Made by a program: the position numbers and the translations under genes. Below, one piece after another: positions 41,231 to 51,830 of a stretch of DNA of 64,000 bases. Source of the stretch: Perkinsus chesapeaki ATCC PRA-425 (Eukaryota > Protista > Perkinsozoa); contig JAAPAO010000085.1 in assembly GCA_013115145.1 (NCBI GenBank), forward strand, positions 22,908 to 86,907, written 5' to 3'. Under the pieces are notes generated by a model. It was not told the origin of the DNA, ran no database searches, and saw only the letters and a program-made list of their open reading frames with translations. Within the stretch, counting starts at the first letter, position 1. Each line of letters starts with the position of its first letter.

Positions 41231-41392
41231 CCTCACAACAACAGCAGCAGTAGCTGATTGAAGATGATAATGTTAAACGGCGGTGTTTAAACACGTTAGG
41301 TAAATGCAAGATTTACAAGAAATGCAAGATTGTCGGCGTGTCGCGCGCGCCATTTGGATCCTTCGATTTTCCTCCAACCTATGTGGTGTGTA
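41231..41392. promoter_or_regulatory. Compact divergent intergenic region (ATP synthase beta / AP2 gene)
   Basis: 162 bp between opposing ATGs; contains TGCAAGAT twice (41305, 41323) and a GCGCGCGC tract. Confidence 0.55.
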
Positions 41393-42314
41393 ATGGCATC
41401 TCTTGTATCAAGTCTTAGTCGGCCATTTAATAACCTATTATTAGGGCAACAGGTATTATTATACATAATGATCATTAAATATTCTATTAGGCTCGTGGAT
41501 TTGCTGGTAGAGCTGGTGGACTTAAACGGCTACTTAAGAGCCGTAAGCCTGGTACAGTATGGCAGACTGGTATAGGAAAAAGAATGGAACTGTAATAGTG
41601 TGGAGTAAAGGGTAGTGTTATATACAGTTATATAGATGGTGGCCAGAACAGACAAGGAAGTCTAGAACACCTTTTTATGAGAATAGTCGATTACATTTAA
41701 GTAACAACATTTGTGATGTGTTATTACCCCTATATACTATTAGTTTATGACTTCCGACTTAAACGATGGAGTGTTATGTGGTATCGATATGGACTACAAG
41801 TATTTCGACAGTTCAGTGTAAAAGGACGTAGTGAGAAGTTTGAGAAGGCAAGGATGGAAGCTCTTATATTATTCCGTCAACTACGTCGAACCGGTATTAA
41901 AGATGTTGTTAATATTATTGTTGGGTTATTGATATATTACTAGGTAAACTTGGTAGAGCTAGACCTGATGTATGTCCATCTGGTGTACGAGGGGTACATT
42001 TTGATCAAAAAGAGAAGGCATGGACATGTTGGTGGGGTGAAGCTGGTGTTAGAAGGTAGTAATAGGCGGGGGGGGGCGGGGTAATTGTTAATAGTAAATA
42101 ATAGGGTATTATAGATATGCAGTCTTCCCTACGGCTGACTGTGGGGGATTTGATGCTAGTTTTAAAGAGGCTGTTAAATTACGTACTAGAAAGAATAGAG
42201 AACAGTACAAGTTCTGGTTACAAAGGTAATAAGGCTATTATTATTATGGTTATATAATGTATTAGGAGTCGACATCGAAGTGCTAGGTTCCCTCTTGGTA
42301 CAGCACGGACTTAA
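41393..42314 (+). CDS. Small tandem AP2-domain protein with a mitochondrial-type presequence; apparent frameshift near 42136-42141
   Basis: MASLVSSLSRPFNNLLLGQQ/ARGFAG presequence-like start; domain 1 VYDFRLKRWSVMWYRYGLQVFRQFSV...FEKARMEALILF; domain 2 SGVRGVHFDQKEKAWTCWWGEAGVRRYAVFP..WGFDASFKEAVKLR. Confidence 0.75.
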
Positions 42315-42519
42315 CACCACACATGCTAGTGTTGTTTCTGTTACATAGATGTGGTGTTTTGAATATAGTGCTCACGTATAAGAGTATAACATGGTGGAAG
42401 GGTTAGACTAGGGTAGACTGTAATGGTATTTATGTTATATAATAGTAATGGTAATATGATATAATATGGAGATGCTTGAGTAGATCGTGCTTAATACACA
42501 TTATCTTCAGTCTATAGCT

Positions 42520-44706
42520 ATGTCTTTGGAGCATACTTCAAATCTTAGACACTCGATACAACACAGGGCAAATACACGGTCAGATGGACTAGTGCTGACT
42601 AATAATGTAGAGCAGCATCAGGAAAGGGGGAAGAGGACAAGTACTGAGGTTGTTGACATTTTAACCATGCTTATGTCACAACTACTTGAAGAGTATAATA
42701 ACAGTAACTCTCCTAGGATACAACAACAACAACAGCAGCAGGCATCTATTGACTATACAGTTGTTGAAGAGGAGACGGATAGAAGTGGTAATGATAAGTG
42801 TGGTAATAGGGTATTGGAAGTAACAGTGATCCAAATGCACTCTAAAAGTGGTAAAGATGGTTATGTAATATTTGAGGTTATTAATAATAATGAGGAAGTG
42901 ATAACAGCCGTGACTTTAATGGAAGTATATGAAACATCATTACTAACAATACCGACAACAGAGCCCTTACATGTTTATTATTGTCGAGCTAGATTTGGTA
43001 GCTGTAGAGAGCATTCTCTTACTACATGCTCTGGAAGGTCAGTATCATTAATAGATATAATAAATGATGATACTGATAATCATAGCGTGGTACGATTCGG
43101 GACATATAATGATTATGTTAAAGTAAGGATTAAGTTAATGTATTACCGCTACTGAATGTTGTGTTAAAGGGGAGTAATAAATATTAATATAAGTTTATAA
43201 TGGACAGTATAGGACGGATAGATAATAATAGTGCTGCATTAGAGTCCTATCCCAAAGCATATAAATATACAGATAGAGGTGGTATACAGAGTATAGGAGG
43301 ATATACATTAGGTAAGAAGAGAAGGACGAGGAGGAGGAGGAGGAGGTCTGCACTCTTGCTATTCAGGACCTGTTATTGACCGAGGACAATATAGGACTAT
43401 TAAACTATGTAGGAAGGATTCTGGACAAGAACTCGTATGGTGATAGGGAGGAGGAATTGGGGGAGTATTATCTCTAGTAGGTTATGAAGGTCTATCGTAA
43501 TATATCATTATCACGGCAAAAGTATTATCATAACTTACCAAATGGTGGTATGGTTAGACATACAGCATTAGAGGCTTTAATAAGGGAAGTACATATCCTA
43601 CAGGTAGTAATAATAATACAATCATACATCCTATATAATAATATCAGAGGATTGGGGTGCATCCAAACATTGTTGCTTTAAGAGATGTATTCTATAATCC
43701 TGATAGAGAGAAGACTTATTTGGTAGTATGGCGCAGGTTCGATCCCGGCAAATGTCATTTTATTAGGTTCTGGACTGTTGTTCCGGGGGTCCTGTACAGA
43801 AGTGGAATTGTATAAAATGCAGATATGAGCCAGTTATAACAAATTCTAACGTTGTAAGGTAAAATGACATGTGTGGGAATTGAACCATGGACCCCACCCC
43901 TTCATCATCATCATCATCATTACAAATGCTTCAGGTCGTACATTACTGATATATTAAATGGTCTTGAGTACATCCATAGTAAACATGTTATTCACCGAGA
44001 CATTAAACCTGATAACCTTTTAATAGACTCTCAAGGCAGGGTCCGAATAAGTACGACCGAACGCTACTGCTACAGCTGCCACCACCTCAACACATCGACA
44101 GGTGATTTTGGTTCAGCAATGGTTATCGGTAAAGATGATTCCGCCACCACGAGTGATTCATCAACGCTGGTATAATGCAACTCCCCCGTATGTTACATTT
44201 ATTATTTTCTCAGGGATGTACATATCCTTTCTTGGCACCTGAGATGTGTGGTGATGATGAAGAGGAAGATTATAGTCCAACAACTCTTGACGACTATGAT
44301 GATAATAGTCTGCCAATATCGAATAAAGATGTCTTATATAAAGGTGACATTTGGGCTCTTGGAGTCACACTATGGGTAAGCATTCATCATCATTATTATT
44401 ATCATGGTTAATTAATTATTATCCTTAGAGCATGGTCACGGGAAAGCTTCCTTTCTATTCAACAGATCTCACTCAACTATTTATGGATATTGCTCATTGT
44501 GAGGTTCCTATAGATGATGTAAGTAGGAGGATGATGATGCTCTACGCCGCCTATATATTCTTTATACATTCTAGTTGGCAATCGCTGTTGATGAGTCATC
44601 CTTTCCTCCTTGGATACCCAATCTTATTACTAGTTTATTAAATAAGAATTCAACTCATCGACCTCGAGCTTCGGAAGCATTGGAACTAATTCCTCCTATA
44701 ATATGA
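42520..44706 (+). CDS. Ser/Thr protein kinase, CaMKK-like, with a long N-terminal extension
   Basis: VMKVY..L.R...[40 protein letters not shown] and [10 protein letters not shown] on successive exons. Confidence 0.88.
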
Positions 44707-45437
44707 TAACATCATCCTGAACAAGAGAGGGCCACGCTGTACTGGACGAGAGGATGATGAAAGCAGAGAAATTGCCAACTTGAATTTCTATTACTATTTT
44801 TAACATCAATTGAGTTGTTAATACTTCTTCGTTGCTCTACTAGAGTAGTTCTCGTTGTTATTAAATCATAGTCATCATAGCCTATAACAATTCATATCGC
44901 ATGCTATTTACTGCTATCCTGCCAAGGTATGTGAGATCCTCGAACGATATGACTCTTATTTTGGTTTGTAAGTCTGAACCGATCCTATTCACCAGTCCAT
45001 TGGAAGTTCTCGAAAAGAAGTTAGCCGATGACTTAACAGGAGCTCATATTTCCATATAGTATAATGAGTCTATCTTAAAGTCAAGTGCATGCTCCGATTA
45101 CCGACAAGTGATATTAGTCGGGTCAAGTTAACAGAACTATAGAAGATAACCTACTACTAGTAGATTAACGCAAGGCTACACTTGAGAGTTTAAAATTAAA
45201 GTGGAGTAGATGATGAATACCGCCGCCGCTTACACCTTTTATATGTATGAAGATTTGGGTTATTATTATTCTACTCTATGGTACGCATGAACAAAGGGCG
45301 TGCTGCATACAACTGACCTCCCAATATGTCTATTTGTGGAGGGGGGTACCACGGGATGATACCCAGACTATCATGTCCTGAGAACTACACTAGGGCACAA
45401 TCCGATAAAATAGATGAGAATTACTATACAGTTATTA

Positions 45438-46518
45438 TTACGAGGCACCGTATTCGGCAATACTAATAACTCCTAAGGTCAGATCAAAAGAAGTAAAGTT
45501 AGCTGAAAATAATGGCCTACCGAGAATCACCATAGAGCCACTGAAAGCAGAAGTCTACACCAATCACGATCACATCCCATGATGTACTTCTCCGGCGGAA
45601 TACTTACAATTAAAGGAGCCCTTCTATCACCAACAGTAAATGTCAAATAAGGAAATGATTTGTATCCCTTGTTTGTTATAAACCAAATGCCATTTGAGGT
45701 TTTCACGGCCACTCTTGGCCCCGAAAAGTCTTTGATCTTATTGACAAAGATATCGAACATTTTATTAGGACAATAGATATCCGACGTCTCAGCGTCGTAC
45801 AAAACAAGACCATCTTATACTTGCTGCGGGAAGATTGTCCCGTCAGAACTCATCAAACCATAAGAAAAGAGATCCGACAGATACTTGAAGGTCGGAGCAT
45901 TCAATACGATTGTCGTTGCTTTAGGTTTGATATCGCATAATCGATTCCAATTACCAAATATCAAAGTACCAGTGAAAGAGTCAACGTCACCTGGGGAGCA
46001 TACTGACACTGCGTATTTCTCGATGATTTTATACTAAAAAGCTGGCTTGCAACCGTTTGAGGATGTTTAGCATTAGGACGGGCAAGGCCAAGAATATTCT
46101 TCGGCATATCATTTGGGAACTTTGGACTTGGAGAGAACCCTAAGATTAAACGGAAGTGCATTGTTGGGCGGAATTTCCCAATCTTGCCAAGCTTGCCTTT
46201 ATGCAAGACACTGGTTATCGTAACCCCGCCACCGAATGTCGTAACGCTTTTCTCTCTAGCATTTGATGAGTTGCATTTGTCAGGACAGATGTAGCAGCCA
46301 CCTGAAAAAGACTCACATGCACCTTTTCCGTAGACTCCTTCATACTAATCCTTGTACACAACATAAGTTCCACTAGAACAAGTATCCATCAATAGTTTGG
46401 TCGGTTGTATGTCAAATTCGAGTCCTCTGATAATACCGTTTTCAAAAGGCAGATATATTTGGCCATCTGCCGACCAATACCGCCAGCCAAGAATCATCCA
46501 ATAGATTGTTGGTCGCAT
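45438..46518 (-). pseudogene. Intronless pepsin-like (A1) aspartic protease pseudogene
   Basis: Signal-peptide-like start, LLMDTCSS (DTGS-like), YDAETSDIYCP and VILGRPLFSANFTSFDL...ISIA tail; in-frame stops at 46345-46347 and 45815-45817, frameshifts near 46040 and 45530. Confidence 0.8.
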
Positions 46519-46552
46519 ATTGATTCGGAGAGCGAGAAGTTGACGAGGAGGC

Positions 46553-46617
46553 GTGGCGGCGTCTGCTCTCTGTGACAGAGAGCAGGCGCCGTCACAGGTG
46601 ACAGGGACTCTGTCACC
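46553..46617 (+). other. Two adjacent hairpins: 20-bp stem with 3-nt loop and 8-bp stem with 5-nt loop
   Basis: gtggcggcgtctgctctctg-tga-cagagagcaggcgccgtcac (both non-Watson-Crick pairs are G.U), then ggtgacag-ggact-ctgtcacc. Confidence 0.85.
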
Positions 46618-46952
46618 ATTTATACGTCACCTTAGCTGTAAATAATCAGCGCCGGATTTCGGTAGTCTTGCGAAGTCGTTGAGAACTTTCCCAAGATACT
46701 CGTAGACTTGGCCATCAGTATATCAGTAATCCTTGTTTGTTGGGCCTTACCCTCGAATCCACGAGCGACGTGAGACACTTGGTTTAGCATGTTTCGACTT
46801 TCCCGGAACTTGTCATTTTATTTTAGAATGGTGACCTTAAGATCCGCTTCTATACTTGCCAATGTTTCTTTAAGTTGCTTATGCCAATGAATACGCGACC
46901 GGTCGAAAACGTCTACTTCTCATGGAGTAAGGAGAAGAACAGGAAAACAGAT

Positions 46953-47061
46953 GTCCAACAACCCTTGACGATCCGATGATGGTAGTCTGCCTATGTCGAA
47001 TAAAGATGTCTTATATAAAGGTGACATTTGGGCTGCTCTTCAGGGAGGTACATTATGGGTA
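46953..47061 (+). pseudogene. Relic copy of a kinase exon (44275-44378)
   Basis: Shares tcgaataaagatgtcttatataaaggtgacatttgggct exactly, with gapped similarity on both sides. Confidence 0.85.
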
Positions 47062-47071
47062 TGAAATGTTC

Positions 47072-47455
47072 TCATATTTTGGTATAATCGTTCATGAATC
47101 TGAGTACATAATAATAATTCTTGGAAGCTAGCAGCCCGAATGATGGACTCGAGGCAATGTAAATCTTAATAAGGGTGCCTGGAAGACTCCATCCCCCATA
47201 TCTAGATACATCAGCATATGACAGGTTGAATAAACCAGGGAAGGAGTAGCAGTCATTTTGAAATTTCTGGCAGGTAGCGTAGTTTCTTTCATACCGATCC
47301 TTATGCCCAGCATACTTTACAGTAAGGCCAGTATTCAGCAATAGTTGTGACGGTTCATCATCAACTATCACCCCACTTATAATACCGTACTCGAAAGGTG
47401 AAGATATCTGACCACGTACACAAAGGATACCGGCAGACTAGAACGATCCTGTCAT
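47072..47455 (-). pseudogene. Truncated second aspartic-protease-like gene remnant
   Basis: GQISSPFEYGII...QLLLNTG...HKDRYE aligns to GQIYLPFENGII...KLLMDTC...YKD(stop)YE of the 46518 copy; early in-frame TAG and no C-terminal half. Confidence 0.7.
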
Positions 47456-48194
47456 ATCGAATTTCGGGTTCTAACGATTAAGATTGTACCACACTGTCAA
47501 GTGTAGGAAACTCCCTATTAGGGAGGGCGCGTAGTTCTACGAGCACTGTAAAGAATAAGCCACGGATTAATATAAACATTCACTTGAGAGTAGTATTGGT
47601 ATCATGTATATCATTCAAACTGTGAATGCGTGAAGCTTAAAGAGAGGTTTGTAGTTTAATTCTATGTCTGAAGTTCAAGAAGGATTAGATCATTTACTCG
47701 AGCCTTTTTATCTCTCATGATGGCTGCGGAGGAGGCTGTTGCAAATCTCTAATGGGATCTCACAGATATTTAATCCTCTCACACTGTGATATAAACCACT
47801 TAACCTACGCGTAAAGCGATCTTCTCATCCTACAGTTTTATGTTGATTTGAACTTAAAATTTTCCGAGTGCGGGTAATAGTTGCTCAGACTTGTATCATA
47901 TCCTGAACACTATATCGTGACAACAAGGGTGTTAATGTTTTTCTAATATCAGCTCTAAGCAAACAGATATTTCCCAGGATGGAACCCTTGCATAAGGATC
48001 GTTAGTGAGTCGCCTTTTCAGAGGTTTAGCAGTCGAAGTTTTAATCGTCCAGTGTAGCGTGCCCGTTGTATCCCCTTAACACACGGATTCTGACTTTCAC
48101 TAAAGCTACTATAAGATAAGGAGCCACCCACAAGTGTTATGATTCTTTTATCGATTCACTTTACTAACTTTAAGCTTTCATTAATACCCCTTCT

Positions 48195-49632
48195 ATGAGT
48201 AGCTGTCGGCTATTTCTCATAATCTCTATCATACTCGTACATTCTGATGCTAGAACAACAGAGTCAGGATCGATGGTTAGCATGTCTGATAGAATCAGGA
48301 GGTCTAATATAATACAAGTTACTGAGGAAAGTTGTAAGATTATTAATAATATATTATCTCTATTATTATTGGAAGCTTTATCTAGGCACTGACTGTGTAA
48401 CCATGGATATGTTTATAAGAGATAATGAATGGACATTATTGCTCTTCTATAGACTACCGACTAGAGGGACTAACCGTTACATCTGGACGATGAAAGATAA
48501 TGTAGAGCTAGGTTATTAATAACGTACACCAAGCTTGATGTTATCAGGTCGAACAAGCATGTGAAAGATACGCCTTTGGTAGGATTGCTTGTGGTAGAAT
48601 TGACGTATATATTGATAGAAAGTATTTAATACATAAAACAACTTCTTATTCAACTGCCGATTATTAGATACCCTTTACTATTCAATATAGACCCGAATAC
48701 AGTCCCAGCCATTGTAAGCCATTAAATTTATACTTTGTTAAGCAAGGTTTAACAATGTCAACAGCAGCAGTGATGCTGCAGGTTATCTTACATAAAGGTA
48801 TACCTAGAGATGTTAGACGGAAACAAATAGAAGAGTTGATGAACGAGAAAACCCCCGAGAGTGTGGTGCGTCGTGCAGTTATTGAGCAACCGCATAGTTG
48901 AGTTTAAATAGGTTCGTTATATTCGCCAACAAATGTCCCCCACAAGACCAGAATTCATCACTCGCATCGGTAAAGTTGTCCCAACACAAGAAGGCTACTA
49001 CTTCCATTGTGTTAGTTTCTCTCACTTCATTTCGAAGAGAGATTACAAGGAATGATATAGTCATCGTAGCAATAGTCAATTCTCCGGAGCAAATTACAAA
49101 GTAAAAACAAATCATCGATTTAAGCCAGCTCGCTCAGTTTTCGTAAGGCAGTTCAAACAGTTGTACTTAAAAGCGAAACACCAACAATGTTCGTTAACTC
49201 GGGAAGGGATATGCGTCGTGAGGAGGTCAACAACAACGTGGTTACATTCAATACACTTTAGGGGTCGGTCTTATAGATACGCTTTCTTCATATCGGTAAT
49301 GATGATTTAGCACACCAACTTGGGCATTCTATGAATTCTCTATGGGTTTGGATTACTGGTAGAAATGACACATTCCTTTGATGATGCATTAACGATTATA
49401 GGCGTTGATGATCTGAGTGGATGGAAAAGTAGTTATAAAACAATCAAGGAAACTAATAAAAAGTTGGGGACTGTAAGTATTGCATCATATTTCACAGGTC
49501 ATGCTGAGTTGATGTGTTAAGGTGAATGCTGCCTGGGAAGTTGCTCTTATTGAACTAATAAAGTCTGCTATTCTCGATTTCTCTGAATTGAGACCATTAC
49601 CCCCACCAAGTGATCATTCAGCAGACCTTTGA
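48195..49632 (+). CDS. Multi-exon hypothetical protein with a probable signal peptide
   Basis: MSSCRLFLIISIILVHSDA hydrophobic start, several short GT-AG-bounded exons, last exon VNAAWEVALIELIKSAILDFSELRPLPPPSDHSADL stop. Confidence 0.5.
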
Positions 49633-51038
49633 TAACATGGCTTTTAATTGGTTTCGACTATTCAATATGTTGCGAGTATAAGTAGTATCCTCCTCCTTCA
49701 GTGCTCTATAAATTCGAACAGCCGAAATGCTGCTTGAATAACCACCCTATTTCTATTATTTCCCACTGAGAATGCCATTAAATCGCATGTTAATCATAAC
49801 GATATATTTAGGCATTCTCATGTTTCTAGTAGCAAGCCTTCGTCAGTGATGGGGCTGTTCCGCCATCTTGAGCTCTACGGTTAATCTTTTCGCATGGTGC
49901 TTTAAACATCATTCTTATTCATCCCTATCCATGGGGGTTAATGCTTTCTGCCCATCCGAGGCCTATTCCAGCTATGCTTGACGGCGATCTTACTATACAA
50001 CAACATGTACATAACAGAAACATGCATTATTTTCTTCCACGTGCCCCCTCCTCCTGCCGCTGCTTATGTCGTCCTGTTCCTTTAAGTAACTCAGCTACAC
50101 CATTCTCTTCAAGTAACATGTTAATCAGCTTTCTACCATATCGAGGCTGATAATATTATTAAGATATTATCCATTGTTAATTTAACTTCACCTGCGCTAT
50201 AAATCCTTTTGAGGTAGCATCACCTCCTGTAAAAATAGCCTTTTTTGGTTTAGGACGCTGAAGTTATGGTATAACTTAATGAATAATAATACACACTATT
50301 ATTATCACTTCCTTGCCTGAATGCTCGCTTAATTTACTTCCTGTACCATTATAAGGTTTCCATTGTTTTAAACTTGCTAATAGTATTGATGAATGTCTTT
50401 GACATCGCAATAACATAAATACTTAAACTAATACCATAATAATATCATCTTATCCCACCGTTATTGACTACGCTGACCATCTAAAAGGAAACTATGAAAT
50501 GTTAAACAATAATTCTAATGTTGATGATGATGATATAACATCGACCCAATCAACCTCATCAACCTCGCATTCGATCATCCCACCCCCATATCCAGACACA
50601 CAGAAACGTAGTTAACCATCTAACTAGAAACGACCATTTTAAGAATGGGTAGTACGATTAAAACGCTCCGATAAGAATTTAGAATGGAACTCCCGAAGCC
50701 TAGTATCTCCTTCATGACCGCTGTTGGTAGTAGTAGCTCGAGATGATGACGATGGTGATGAAGTATCACCTAATGCTGTCCTCTCAAGACGTCTCTTCTT
50801 ATGAAATGCTTGTAGACCAGATCGTATCTCCTCTACTGAACGCTGAAAGAGTTGTTATAATATTAAATATGTGCCGGTTTACATTGGATGATGACTCCCC
50901 TCCTATTGTTGTTGTTAAATTATCAACTGCCGAAGGTATTCCTGAATCTATATTATTAGACTGCTGTTTTACTTGACCTATTCTCCTTGGATCTCGAGAT
51001 AATGTTAAAAACTCAATTGTAGATGATGAAGATGACAT
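49618..51038 (-). CDS. Multi-exon hypothetical protein; 3' end uncertain
   Basis: ATG at 51038. The first exon splices in phase to RSVEEIRSGLQAFHKKRRLERTALG...; later exons include RPKPKKAIFTGGDATSKGFIAQ/PRYGRKLINMLLEENG. Confidence 0.45.
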
Positions 51039-51140
51039 TCAATTAGGTTATATCAACTACTATGCAACTTAACGTATGCGTTCGTGTACGAATGCGGCGC
51101 GGATGGAAGTATCGCTACGCCCAGGTAATCGATTTGTATA

Positions 51141-51642
51141 ATGGGGATGAAGATGAGTTGTAATAGAGCAGAGGAGGATGATGATACAGTAAAAACACTT
51201 GAGAGGGTAATGCTAGCTAATATAGATAGTTATCTAGACTTATTATTATTATCTACAGGTGTTTCTTTGTGATGCACCTCCATCTGAATGGAATGTTAAA
51301 ATATATAATCCAATATCGGATAATGAACCATCATCATCAATGGTATGCAGCGGCAAACCAACAGATGCGGCTCCTGATAGTGATGAACATAAACGCAGAC
51401 GAATATTAAGGGATAGTTGGATGACACAATATAACAAAACAAAGGATAATATTATTGAGTTGAACAATGGAGATGAAAAGGAAATGAAACAAGTTATAGA
51501 AGACTGTGTTAAGGTATGTATCAATACTCCTGAAAATGATGATAATAATAGTTTGAGTAGTCGTACTAGTGATGATGAAGATGGATTGCCTTCCTCATGC
51601 ATTATGCCTCGGACGTCTGTAAAAAGACCAAGAGACTTTTAA
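51141..51642 (+). CDS. Two-exon hypothetical protein; start uncertain
   Basis: MGMKMSCNRAEEDDDTVKTLER joins by GT-AG to VFLCDAPPSEW...VKRPRDF stop. Confidence 0.5.
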
Positions 51643-51830
51643 GAGTCACTTCTGTGGCTTACACTTGATAACTTAGACTTATTGAGTTAATGATAATAGA
51701 TATGAACACAATATAATGATGTAATGTATAATAGAAATCAGACATGATAACTATTAGTAGTAAACAGCAATGTTCTGCATTAACAAAATATCAGTGTTTG
51801 GATATCAAGTAATAATAACCTTAACGGTTA

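Noticed and set aside
49861-49882. Spliced-leader-like sequence (minus strand ACCGTAGAGCTCAAG; plus strand GCCATCTTGAGCTC)
   Set aside because: Only a gapped partial match to the perkinsid leader ACCGTAGCCATCTTGGCTCAAG, and it sits inside a plausible coding exon (..KINRRAQDGG..); no SL-RNA donor or Sm site follows.
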